From a virus, in the IMG/VR virus record IMGVR_UViG_3300042938_002732, positions 1 to 64,000 of that record: a stretch of 64,000 bases of DNA. One strand, written 5' to 3'. Made by a program: the position numbers and the translations under genes. This document shows, one piece after another, positions 8,640 through 18,317 of the stretch. The notes under the pieces are model-generated. The model did not search any database and was not told the DNA's origin. It was given only the letters and a program-made list of their open reading frames with translations. How positions within the stretch are numbered: position 1 is the first letter of the stretch; the number at the start of each line of letters is the position of its first letter.

Positions 8640-11170
8640 AGGAGTTTTCGGCTTTGCGGAAGCGGATTCGTGTAAGGTGGCATCCTGATGGGTCGGCGCG
8701 TATGACGATCAGGAACCAGCACGGAGGTTTTAATGAGATCGGGCGGATTGATACTACGGATTCGTCTATTGTTGACTGGCAAAAACAGAAACTCGCCACG
8801 CGCGGACAAATAAAACATGTTCAGATTGATCCAAGGTTTCGTGGAATGGGCCTTGCAACAAAAATGTATGGCGAAGCCATGAAGCAAGCTCCGCGCGGTC
8901 GGCTTGTGAGTGACAGCGCTCAATTTGACGGAGGGTATGCGATTTGGAACAGACTTCAGCGAAACAAGGGATATAGGATTCGCGAGAACCCTAAAGCTGA
9001 TGGGGCTGAAGATGGTTTTTTAAGTCGGGATAAGCGGCCTCTCTTCATTGGAAGAATCAATCCTGCGGCCATAAAGCAGAACAACCTCTCCGCGAAGCTG
9101 CGGTTGCAAGAGTTCGCCCGTGGGGAGTATTTGCGGCGGGTGCTTGGTGGTTTTGAGTTGATTCCGGCGCGTGGGGCTTCGGACGCGAAGAGGGGTGCGG
9201 AAAAATTGAGGTATTATCGGAGTAATCCCGCTGGCAAGGAGATTGATCGGGTGCGTAAGGAAATACTTTCAGATCCGAATCTTGCACAAGCCTACCGCTA
9301 CAAGGACACGCCTGGCCTGACGGTGGTTGATGGATATGACGAGGCGTATCATTTCCCTAAAAGATCAAGGGACACGAAAATAGTCATTGATAATCTTAAT
9401 AAGCACGCCACCCGTGGGAAGTCATGGAGCGTGGGTAAGGGTGCGCTTGGGAATCCGCTTGTTCGGGCTAAGGATATTGATCGCATCTTATCCGCGAAGC
9501 TGCGTTTGCGGGAGTTTGCTGGTAAATTTCACCTCCCCTATTCTGTTGCGAAGAAGATCGTAAAGGGAATTAAGGGTCGAGGGGTTTCAATCGTTAGAAT
9601 GCGCAATGAGCCTTCTAATGTGGGATATCGCGGCTGGGGAGATGTTCCTGTAGCTAAAATTGAGAGGGGTTCCAAGAGGTCGCCTTTTGCGGATTTATTG
9701 CATGAGGCAGGGCATGTTGATGCTGGGCACTTGGGTTCCAATGCCAAGATTAGCGAACGGGGCGCGGAATTATTGAAGGGTGCTGAAGGGTATTATCCGC
9801 GCGCTCATCATGAAAGTAGCGATGATATTCTAAATGCGGCTCGCAGTGTTTTATTGAGAGAAAAGCAAGCCAATCGTGCGGCGGGTAAAATCTTAAAAGA
9901 TTCTGGAGCGTCTCCAGAGCAGATTTCAGCATTTGCCCAAGAGCAAAGAAAGAATTTCCGCACCTACAGAAAGAATGCGTGGCGACATGCGGTAGCGGGT
10001 GAAAGAATTAAAAACCCCTCTGCCACGGAATCCAATGTCATGGGGGTTTTGCAGAGGCAAGCGGCGCGGCGCGGGGTAATCCCAAGCGATGGGGCTTTGC
10101 GCTCAGCGAGAGAGTCGGTTCAGCGACAAATCCGCATGAATCCAATCAATCGAGGGCGCGACCCAATATTCGGTAACGAGAGTTTCGGTGTTGATGGATC
10201 GAAAAGCATTTTGCCGCTCACGATTTCCGAAGCAAAAAGGATACACAAAAACACAAGTAAGTTGTGGCGGGTAAGGGAGTTTGCGCGCGGGGATTATGCG
10301 ATTCCTGCGCTGGGGAAGATGCTGCGGGATCGTTCCATGTTGGAGGAGTTTCTGACAGGCAAGCGTGGGCCGAAGATGGGGGATTTGTCTGTTGGGAAGA
10401 TCTACCCAGGGGGTATAATTTCTGCGAGAAGACCTCCTAAAAAATCAGATTTTCACATTTCAGGATGGACTAAGGGGCAGATGCTGGGCACTGAGCCGGT
10501 GGGGTCTCAGAATGCCCGATGGAGAGATGCCCTCATCGAAGAAAGAATTCGCGGGAGAAAAGAGACCTTCAAAAAAAATAGGAGTTCCCTATCTGATGTT
10601 GCCAGGAATGTGCCGTTTCCTCTGGGTCTCACTGCCGAGGAGGCCGCTTGGGCTCAATCTGCTCGAACTGCTGCTCGAAATAATGCTGCCAAGATGTTGC
10701 GCAAGGGGCGGGCTGGCGGCGATGTGTATGAGGACATAGACCGCAAGTTTTTCTCCGCGAAACTGCGCTTGCGGGAATTGGCGCGTGGAGACTACGCGAT
10801 TCCTGCGCTTGGGAAAATGCTACGGGATCGTTCCATGTTGGAGGAGTTTATGACGGGGAAGCGCGGGCCGAAGATGGGGGATTTTAGGGTTGATAAACTA
10901 ACCGGAAGGATGTGGGTTCCGAATTCCGGAGCATGGGAATTGGGAAAAAACAGCGGGCCGTATGTTAAAAAGATTTCAGACACTATAAAAGCATCCCCAA
11001 GCGACTGGCTCCTTAAGTCTAATCATAATCCGGTTATTGCGCCTGCGTTATACAAGCAAATATACAAGCACAATTTGATTTCTCGCCAGCAAGCCAGAAG
11101 CCAGATCGCCAAAATGATCCGCAAGGGTCGGGCGGGTGGCGATGTGTATGAGGAGGTTAATAGGTCATGA
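8636..11170 (+). CDS. five-module cargo polyprotein (GNAT, unknown, HExxH, two paralogous modules)
   Basis: Starts MKEF; GNAT VQIDPRFRGMGLATKMY; separators at 9086, 9488, ~10256 and 10751; HEAGH at 9701. Confidence 0.8.
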   Translation: MKEFSALRKRIRVRWHPDGSARMTIRNQHGGFNEIGRIDTTDSSIVDWQKQKLATRGQIKHVQIDPRFRGMGLATKMYGEAMKQAPRGRLVSDSAQFDGGYAIWNRLQRNKGYRIRENPKADGAEDGFLSRDKRPLFIGRINPAAIKQNNLSAKLRLQEFARGEYLRRVLGGFELIPARGASDAKRGAEKLRYYRSNPAGKEIDRVRKEILSDPNLAQAYRYKDTPGLTVVDGYDEAYHFPKRSRDTKIVIDNLNKHATRGKSWSVGKGALGNPLVRAKDIDRILSAKLRLREFAGKFHLPYSVAKKIVKGIKGRGVSIVRMRNEPSNVGYRGWGDVPVAKIERGSKRSPFADLLHEAGHVDAGHLGSNAKISERGAELLKGAEGYYPRAHHESSDDILNAARSVLLREKQANRAAGKILKDSGASPEQISAFAQEQRKNFRTYRKNAWRHAVAGERIKNPSATESNVMGVLQRQAARRGVIPSDGALRSARESVQRQIRMNPINRGRDPIFGNESFGVDGSKSILPLTISEAKRIHKNTSKLWRVREFARGDYAIPALGKMLRDRSMLEEFLTGKRGPKMGDLSVGKIYPGGIISARRPPKKSDFHISGWTKGQMLGTEPVGSQNARWRDALIEERIRGRKETFKKNRSSLSDVARNVPFPLGLTAEEAAWAQSARTAARNNAAKMLRKGRAGGDVYEDIDRKFFSAKLRLRELARGDYAIPALGKMLRDRSMLEEFMTGKRGPKMGDFRVDKLTGRMWVPNSGAWELGKNSGPYVKKISDTIKASPSDWLLKSNHNPVIAPALYKQIYKHNLISRQQARSQIAKMIRKGRAGGDVYEEVNRS

Positions 11171-11433
11171 GTAGTAAGGCTGGGGAGAATTCTTTGAAGG
11201 GCTCGGGTTGCTTGTCGTATCGGCAGTCTGGGAAGGTGCGGAAGTATCTCACGCAGGAGCAGCGGGAGCAGATTTGGATGGAGGAGCTCAAGCGGGATGT
11301 GGAGCGGGGGTGCGAGTATTTCTGGCGGCAGACGCCCCAGCGCAGGCGGGTGCAGGATAACTATCTTCACGCGCACAAGGGATTTGGTCGGGGAGGGAAT
11401 GATTTTATTTTTGGAAAGAGAAAACCTATATGA
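11167..11433 (+). CDS. hypothetical protein
   Basis: ATGA overlap with the upstream gene; 88 aa. Confidence 0.55.
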   Translation: MSSKAGENSLKGSGCLSYRQSGKVRKYLTQEQREQIWMEELKRDVERGCEYFWRQTPQRRRVQDNYLHAHKGFGRGGNDFIFGKRKPI

Positions 11434-11483
11434 GTGCGATCAGAAATGGGCGGTTGAGGCTGTTGACGCGGAGGTTGCTGGGT

Positions 11484-14400
11484 ATGAGGCATGAATTCAA
11501 GTCTTATGATAAGACTGGCGACGAGGAGCGGCGTGATTTTTTGAGGGCAGGAATTGTCGGCGCTGGGCTGACGGCTGCTGGAGGTTTGGCGGGATTGGGG
11601 CTTTATAAGGCGGGAGTGAGTGCGGCGGCGAGGAATGCGGCTCAACTTGGTGGCGAGTTGAATCGCGCCAAGAAATCTCTTAAGGGCATCCGCGACTGGA
11701 AGCTCGGGAAAGCTACAACAGCAAGAGCAACAGCGACTGGGCAGAAATCGGTCTATGAGAAGGCAGCTTCCAAGTTCTACGCGAATGGCGGTGCGTTTGA
11801 TAAGCATGTGAACGCTGTATCCCGAGCGCAAGCCGCCAAGGCAAAGGCAGCGGCTAAGGCGACGAGGGATGCCGCAAAAGCTGCGAAGGAGCAGGCTGCT
11901 CAGGCGCCGCCTCCTCCTACACAAGCCGCTAATGCAACAACGATTCCTGAAGCTATTTTCAAGCCTAAGGCCGCTCCGCTTAAGCCAGCTCGAACCTATA
12001 AAACTTGGGCGCTTGCCAGGAGGGCGCTTAACAATAATGAGATAACTCAAGAGGAATTCGATCTGATGCAATTTTCGGTAGGCCGTCGCGATCTGGCGCG
12101 TATGCGCTACTTCAACCAGCTTCAAACCGACGAGGGGGGCATCCCCCTTACGGGGCGTGTGCCTCGCGATCGCTTCGTGAAGAAGATCCGCGATGAGGAC
12201 TTGGATCGCCGCGATGCAAATATCCTGCGCGCTGGTGGTGCGGGGGCGCTGGCGGGTCTTCTGGCACGTGGCCGGATCGGCGCGGGTAAACGGGCATTGA
12301 TCGGGGCGGGGGCTGGCGGGCTTGGTGTGGTGGGAATACGGCAGATCACGAATAACGACCGCGACATCTACGGCGAGCGCAATCGCGGCAGCAAGCGCGC
12401 GGAGTTGCTCCCCGCCGTGGGCGGACTCGGCGCAGCGGCTTGGCTGGCGGGTAAGCGGCTGAAGGCGTTTGCGAGGAAGTTTAACCACAGAGGACACAGA
12501 GAGCACGGAGGAGGGGTGAAGGAATTTACAAGGTATTGGAACCCATCTATGGGTTGGCCAGCAGAGGCTAATACTCCAGATAAAAAGAGGGGGTGGCTTA
12601 AAGGGTATATACGAAGAAGGCAGTTAGCAAAGGCAGGCATATTCCCAAAGCCGCGCGCTGTTGAAATCACTTCAGGCTATGATGTAAAAACAGGCAAGAA
12701 TCTTTCCTCCCGTCTGCGCGGAGTGAAGAACTTTGACGACTACCGGCTCTACTATTTCAAGGGGCGCAATACGGGGATCGCGGCGAAGAGTGTCGAGGAG
12801 GCTCGCTCGAAAAAGAAGCGCGGCGGCGATGAGTTGGTGGCCGTGCGCACACCGAGCGATTCCGAGAAAAGTCAGATGGCACGTGGCGTGTGGGTTCGCA
12901 CTCGGCGCGATGGCAAGTCGCCCGATCAGTCCCGCTACGGCAAGGGGCGTGGGCAGGGTCCGGCGCGGAAGAGCTTATCCGCGAGGCTGCGCGTCAGATT
13001 TTTCGAGAAGCGGGATCGCCGTGAGAAGCGGGAGTTGAACCCCTATGTGGGGGCGGCTCTCTCGGGCGGCGTGAGTGGGGCGGGGCTCGGGGCATTGTCA
13101 TGGCTAAAGCGTGGCACTTCTGTGGCTTCGGCTGGAGCGGCGGCAGCTAAATTGGGCGCGCTGAGTGCGGGTGTCGTTGGCGGCGGGGCTTTGATCGGGA
13201 GTCGCCTCGTGGGTGATCCTCGTAAGGAGGAGGGTGCGCCGTTTATGAAGCGTGTGGCTTTAGGTGGGGCGATAACCGGGGCTTTGGTCGGTGGAGCAGG
13301 CGGTCTTTTGCTCCGCAATACCAAGCTGGTGCGGGATGCCGCAAAAACATGGCGCCCAGCAAAATGGATCATCGATTCTCCGGCTCTCGGGGCTGGTGCT
13401 CTTGGGGCTGCGGGCGGGGCTGTGGTCGGAGCCGCGCAGGGGGCCGATGAGGGGCAGCAGGTTGACTCGATACGCAATCTCCGAAAGGACATAAAGCAAA
13501 AGAATTTTTCCCGACTTATGGAGTTTCGCGCATTCCCCGCACTCGCGGCCAAGCAGGTATGGAAGACTGATCCGGCTCTGCGGGCGGATTTCGCAAAGCG
13601 TGTCGTCGCAAAGGTGAAGGGGGCCGTGGCCGCGAATAAAAAGCAATACGGGGTCAAGGAGTTCCAAGTCTCCCCGCTCAACGTCGAGTCGATGGCTCAG
13701 ACGAAGGAGCGGCGTTCCACCGAAAGGGCGAATTTTCTGAGGGGTATCGGCGCAGCAGCGGCTGTGGGCCTTGCAGGCTTTGGCGGCATCCACATGGGAC
13801 GCATGATGGGTAAGGCACAAGTGCGTGCGGCCAAGAGCGCGGCCAAGGCCGCCGAGTCCGATACGGAGTGGATGAAGATCCGGGCGGACAGGTATCAGGG
13901 TCAGGCGGAGGTGCAACGCCGGAGGGCTGATAATGCTGAACGCCGGTGGTATCGAGAAAATGACTCGACTTCTGGTAGTGCCAGCAGTGGGGCGTCGGCT
14001 TCTGGTAGTGCTAAGGCCAGCAGCGGGTCGGCTTCTGGTAGCGCGAAAGCCAGCAGCGGGTCGAGTTCTGGCTTCGATTGGGAAGATTTATTCCGCACAG
14101 GCGGTAGAAAAAAATCCTACGACGATGACTATGTGCGCCGCAGCCAGGAGGCAGGGCGGCAGAATCGGCAGTCCAGTGCGGGGAGCAATCCCGGAGCGAG
14201 TGGCAAGCCAGGGGCTCAAGGCGTAAAGAATCCCCACGCAGGCACTCCTAAGGCCGAAGCGTGGGAAAAATGGCACTCTATGGATCGTATGGCAAAAGAA
14301 TCCCCACATGAGGGCGAGCGTATGAACGCCGCCATGGCGCGAGACAAGTGGAAGAAACGCTACAATCTGGCTCGCAAGCTTCGTGGCTTGAAGATGTTTG

Positions 14401-15392
14401 GCCGCGATGACCAGCCTCGCTATCGGGAGAGCAAGGCATGGGCGGACCCGATCATGGGGTGGATTCGCGGCGATGATTTAGTGGATAAGGATGGCGCTAA
14501 GTGGAGCCCCTCCTCGCCACAGCTTGTGAATGCGATGCACAACAAGGCGCGTGGCATTCGTGTGAATGTGCAGCGCGGGTCTGGGCTGGCGGGCGATACC
14601 ACGGCGGTGCTCCAGGGCAAGGATCGTGAGCGCGATGCCAGTGGCCGTATCAAGAAGCGCGAGTGGGAGAAGGCGTGGTTCCGCAATGCCGTGACTACGG
14701 CAGGGCTCACCGTCGCTGGCTTGGCTGGCGCGGGGGCATGGCGCTATGGGCGTATGAACCCCGCTTCCACATTGGGGAAATTTGTAACAAACACAGAGTC
14801 TGGTGTCCGCAAGACTAAAGACGATCTCAAGCGCGGCCTTGGTGGATTGATGAAGGGGGCCGATGACCTGACGGGGAAGAAGAATCTGGTGGCTAAGATC
14901 CTTTCCGCCAAGTTGCAGCGTTTGCGGGAATTTGATCTCTTCGCCAGAGAATCGGGCTGGGATGTGCGCGATCCTCGCGGCAAGTCGGCCCGTGTGTATG
15001 CACCAGGGAGCCGGACTCGTGTGCGGCGTGAAAAATACTGGCACGAAAAGACCGAGAACCAACGGAAAATCATGATCGCCGCAGGTGTCGGCGCGGCAGC
15101 TATCGGCGGGCTTGGCGGCGTGGCAGCCTATCGGCTCGCCAAGGGGAAATCGCTGGTTCCGAGCTTTATGCTCAAGAAGTCACCGCAGACTGCTGCGGCT
15201 GCAAAGAGGCAGCTTTCCCCCGAAGAAATGAAGGCTAACACGGATGCCATGTCCAAGATGGCCAAAGATCAGGCTGCGCAGCGGCAGGCTGAAACGGCGG
15301 CAGCGTGGGCGAAGAGACAAGCAGAAGCTGCGCGCTTGAATAAGAAAAAAATCGCTCATCCGAACTGGCATCATGGCGGGACTGCCGCCTAA
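11484..15392 (+). CDS. large basic multi-module cargo polyprotein with glycine-zipper segments
   Basis: ORF 11430..15392; preferred start 11484 (MRHEF, GTTGAC 16 nt upstream); separators at 12702, 12975, 14367 and 14901; many GxxxG hydrophobic helices. Confidence 0.8.
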   Translation: MRHEFKSYDKTGDEERRDFLRAGIVGAGLTAAGGLAGLGLYKAGVSAAARNAAQLGGELNRAKKSLKGIRDWKLGKATTARATATGQKSVYEKAASKFYANGGAFDKHVNAVSRAQAAKAKAAAKATRDAAKAAKEQAAQAPPPPTQAANATTIPEAIFKPKAAPLKPARTYKTWALARRALNNNEITQEEFDLMQFSVGRRDLARMRYFNQLQTDEGGIPLTGRVPRDRFVKKIRDEDLDRRDANILRAGGAGALAGLLARGRIGAGKRALIGAGAGGLGVVGIRQITNNDRDIYGERNRGSKRAELLPAVGGLGAAAWLAGKRLKAFARKFNHRGHREHGGGVKEFTRYWNPSMGWPAEANTPDKKRGWLKGYIRRRQLAKAGIFPKPRAVEITSGYDVKTGKNLSSRLRGVKNFDDYRLYYFKGRNTGIAAKSVEEARSKKKRGGDELVAVRTPSDSEKSQMARGVWVRTRRDGKSPDQSRYGKGRGQGPARKSLSARLRVRFFEKRDRREKRELNPYVGAALSGGVSGAGLGALSWLKRGTSVASAGAAAAKLGALSAGVVGGGALIGSRLVGDPRKEEGAPFMKRVALGGAITGALVGGAGGLLLRNTKLVRDAAKTWRPAKWIIDSPALGAGALGAAGGAVVGAAQGADEGQQVDSIRNLRKDIKQKNFSRLMEFRAFPALAAKQVWKTDPALRADFAKRVVAKVKGAVAANKKQYGVKEFQVSPLNVESMAQTKERRSTERANFLRGIGAAAAVGLAGFGGIHMGRMMGKAQVRAAKSAAKAAESDTEWMKIRADRYQGQAEVQRRRADNAERRWYRENDSTSGSASSGASASGSAKASSGSASGSAKASSGSSSGFDWEDLFRTGGRKKSYDDDYVRRSQEAGRQNRQSSAGSNPGASGKPGAQGVKNPHAGTPKAEAWEKWHSMDRMAKESPHEGERMNAAMARDKWKKRYNLARKLRGLKMFGRDDQPRYRESKAWADPIMGWIRGDDLVDKDGAKWSPSSPQLVNAMHNKARGIRVNVQRGSGLAGDTTAVLQGKDRERDASGRIKKREWEKAWFRNAVTTAGLTVAGLAGAGAWRYGRMNPASTLGKFVTNTESGVRKTKDDLKRGLGGLMKGADDLTGKKNLVAKILSAKLQRLREFDLFARESGWDVRDPRGKSARVYAPGSRTRVRREKYWHEKTENQRKIMIAAGVGAAAIGGLGGVAAYRLAKGKSLVPSFMLKKSPQTAAAAKRQLSPEEMKANTDAMSKMAKDQAAQRQAETAAAWAKRQAEAARLNKKKIAHPNWHHGGTAA
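12484..12510 (+). repeat. short ACCACAGAGGACAC element, copy 3 (inside a CDS)
   Basis: Encodes (N)HRGHREHG, followed by GTGAAGGAATTT (VKEF). Confidence 0.8.
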
Positions 15393-15398
15393 AAATTT

Positions 15399-18317
15399 AT
15401 GAACGACTCAAGACCAAGAAACAACCAAGGCCAATTCGCCTCCGATCAGATGAGCGGCGTAGATGCCAATACCACTTCAGCGGCTTACAATCCCCAAATC
15501 ATCGAGGCCCGTAAGGCGAGTCTTGTTGAGAAGCTGCGCCGTGCGATCGGGCTGCGCCGTGGCGTGGAGGAGACGGTGCCGCAGCAGCAGCAACTCTCCG
15601 CGAAGCTCCGGCTGCGGGAGTTGGCTCAGCGACAGATTATCGACGCACGGGCGCAAGAAGATCCGGCTTTTAATCGCGGAGGAAGTTTGCTTCTTGCGGG
15701 TGGGGTTGGAATTTTGGGAAATGCGGCTGCTGCGGCGGCAGCGCACGGAGTCATGGGGGCGAAAAAGCAGCAGGGGTTGGATTTTTTTGGGCAGCCTCGT
15801 GGCTCGGAGATGAAGCCGATGATGGCGTTTGGCAAGACGACAGAAGAAGCCGATGAGAAGCTTCGCAGGGCTACAGAAGAGGTGAATGTGCGTAACCGTA
15901 AGGTGCAGCGCGAGTATCTGCGTTCCGATCCCGCTGCGCGGCGTAGCGAGGTGCTTGATAGATTTGCTCGCAGGAAGGGGTATGACATCGCTGTTGGTGA
16001 TCCAGGTATCGCTCCCAAGGGGTGGGCTGGTAGGTCGAGGGGTATATTCCAACGAGGGCACGATGCTCCTGATTTTATAAGGGCGCATGAGGCGGGGCAT
16101 GTGGCTCAGAATCTCGGCGGCAAAAATCTTCCTTTAACAAAAATATCCCGACAGGCCTTCATGCTTGCTCCTCTGGGGGCGACTTCCGCTCTTGTGAATA
16201 AGGACAGGTCGAACGACAAGGTCGCGACGGGTATCGCCGCTGCGGGGACTCTGGCTGCGTTGCCGACATTGCATAACGAGGTGGATGCCTCAGTGCGTGG
16301 CTATAAGGTCATGCGTAAGCTCGGCTCAAGCCGGATGCGTGCGGCGGGTGCATTTGTAGGAGTGCCTACCTATGCCACTATCGCCGCCATGCCAGCATTG
16401 GGCTGGGGTGCGCGAAAGCTCCGGCAGGCTCGCTCGGAGAAAAAGGAGCCCAAGCAACTCTCCGCGAAGCTCCGGCTGCGTGAGTTGGCTCGCGTGGCCA
16501 CCGCTCGCGATGCGGGGCAAGTGCCTGCAGAGCCGAGACAGGCTGGCAAAGATTTTCGCAATGCAGCCATAGGGGTCGGCGCAGTCGGGGCTGGCGGCGG
16601 GGTGGCTTATGCCGGTTGGCACAGGGCGCAGGCCGATAAGAGTGTGCGGGCGCTGGCGGATGATGCGTTGCAGACCGCTGAGGCTCGCAAGGCCGAGCGC
16701 GCGGCGCGGATGGCCAAGGCCAAAGGTGTGGGAAGTTGGTTCAAAAAAGCAGCGTCTAAAATGTTTGAAGAAGATATGAAAAATACAAATAAACTACGGC
16801 TGCGGGAGTTGGCCCGCGTCGCGGCTCAACCTTATCCCGAAGAGGAGCGCAAGGGTGGCCTCGGCAAGGTGGGCGCGATAGGCTTGGGGCTCGGCTTGGG
16901 TATCGGCGGCGGTGTCGCTGGCGCTCGGTATCTACGCCCTATTTTGAAAAGAAATATCGGGCGGGCGGCAGAGGGGATTTTTGGTGTTTCTGATGCGGCT
17001 AAGCAGGCGATTCCAAAGATGGCCGCTGAGGTCGAGAATACGGCAAAGTCCGTGCAGAGTGCCGTATTGCAGGCTTCGCAGAATATTGATGATGCCACGG
17101 TGATTCCCCGCACGGCTGGAAAGGTTTTCAAATCAGAAGTCCTCCCGAGGGCTTGGAATGTCATGAACCCCGGCAAGCGCTGGAAAGAGATCCGGGGTGG
17201 GTTTGAGGCAGGAATGGCGGAGGGTGTTCTTCGGGGGAAATATGTAGATCGTATCCAGCGGCGTGCTGCCGCGCGAGGAGTGTCGCAGACGGGTATGAAA
17301 GGGGTTAGGCAGCAGGCAAGCCTGAAACGAGCCGCCATCGAGAACATTCCTTCGGGAACCGTGCCGAACGCTTCGCAAGCATGGAGGCCCAGTTGGGCTC
17401 GTGTCGCTCCAGAGCGCGTGAAGATGGCGGGGCCAAAGGCTGGGGCCAAACTTTACTCGGCCAAGCTGCGTTTGCGCGAGCTGGCCGAGGTGTCTTCGGG
17501 GCTGAGAGAATTTGCGGAAGAAAAACAACCGCTTTCCCTCAAGCAGAAGCTCGGTATCGCGGCGGGCGTGGGCACGGCGGCGGTGGGGGCGACGCTCATG
17601 CCAGCGGCGGGCAAGATGTTCCGTATCGCCACGCGCGATATGGCGCATGAGACATTGACGGGATGGGCGAAGAAGCGCGGCCTGCGTTCATTTATCAAGC
17701 CTCCCAAGAGCGATCCGAATCGGGATGGTCGGTTTGTTGCCGACTACATCGAGGGGGCGCAGTCGATTTTGAACAAGGGAATACAAGGCAAGATCGCTGG
17801 CAAGATTCTCCGGCACGCCAAGGCGAATCCGAATGGCAAGGTAGCCAAGGTGGTGGGCGGTGAGTTGGGAGACTACGGCGTGAGTCACTACGCAAGATTC
17901 CGCTCAGGGCCGAGAGAGGCGATGAAGCATTGGGACAGCGAGGTGGGTGATCTGAAGAACCATATCGGCAAGCGGGACGGCATTTTGGATGCGGATAACA
18001 ATTTCGTGCCTGGAGCCAATCCCGCGAAGGTTAATAATGTCGTGAAGCGTCGGGAACAGATGGCGGCTGGACGCAAGGCTGTGGATGACGAGATCAGCGA
18101 GCAGCTCTGGCACCACGGCAAGAGCGAGAGCGAGGCGTTGCGCCATGTGGCGGAGAACACAAAAAACCCCGCTGCCTTGCAGTATTTTAAGAATCTGGCG
18201 CATCACAACAAGGGGGCGGCTTCCAAGTATGCCAAAATTTCTCTGGCTGCTCCTGGATTGGTGGTTGCCGGTGGAACCACGGCGGGGCTTTCGGTGCGTA
18301 GAAAGGAAAAACAATGA
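15399..18317 (+). CDS. multi-module cargo polyprotein (HExxH module, glycine zippers)
   Basis: (L/Y)SAKLRLRELA at 15594, 16458 and 17454, NKLRLRELA at 16788; HEAGH at 16086 followed by NEVDAS; N-terminal PRNNQGQF. Confidence 0.8.
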   Translation: MNDSRPRNNQGQFASDQMSGVDANTTSAAYNPQIIEARKASLVEKLRRAIGLRRGVEETVPQQQQLSAKLRLRELAQRQIIDARAQEDPAFNRGGSLLLAGGVGILGNAAAAAAAHGVMGAKKQQGLDFFGQPRGSEMKPMMAFGKTTEEADEKLRRATEEVNVRNRKVQREYLRSDPAARRSEVLDRFARRKGYDIAVGDPGIAPKGWAGRSRGIFQRGHDAPDFIRAHEAGHVAQNLGGKNLPLTKISRQAFMLAPLGATSALVNKDRSNDKVATGIAAAGTLAALPTLHNEVDASVRGYKVMRKLGSSRMRAAGAFVGVPTYATIAAMPALGWGARKLRQARSEKKEPKQLSAKLRLRELARVATARDAGQVPAEPRQAGKDFRNAAIGVGAVGAGGGVAYAGWHRAQADKSVRALADDALQTAEARKAERAARMAKAKGVGSWFKKAASKMFEEDMKNTNKLRLRELARVAAQPYPEEERKGGLGKVGAIGLGLGLGIGGGVAGARYLRPILKRNIGRAAEGIFGVSDAAKQAIPKMAAEVENTAKSVQSAVLQASQNIDDATVIPRTAGKVFKSEVLPRAWNVMNPGKRWKEIRGGFEAGMAEGVLRGKYVDRIQRRAAARGVSQTGMKGVRQQASLKRAAIENIPSGTVPNASQAWRPSWARVAPERVKMAGPKAGAKLYSAKLRLRELAEVSSGLREFAEEKQPLSLKQKLGIAAGVGTAAVGATLMPAAGKMFRIATRDMAHETLTGWAKKRGLRSFIKPPKSDPNRDGRFVADYIEGAQSILNKGIQGKIAGKILRHAKANPNGKVAKVVGGELGDYGVSHYARFRSGPREAMKHWDSEVGDLKNHIGKRDGILDADNNFVPGANPAKVNNVVKRREQMAAGRKAVDDEISEQLWHHGKSESEALRHVAENTKNPAALQYFKNLAHHNKGAASKYAKISLAAPGLVVAGGTTAGLSVRRKEKQ

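Noticed and set aside
11430-11483. ORF-track start for the 1320-aa protein
   Set aside because: ATG 11484 fits both the GTTGAC spacing (16 nt) and the N-terminal xEF tag; 11430 remains possible through ATGA coupling
13461-13466. Intragenic GTTGAC copies (also ~3067, 8771, 54405, 61826, 63694)
   Set aside because: No ATG at the 15-18 nt spacing; consistent with chance occurrences
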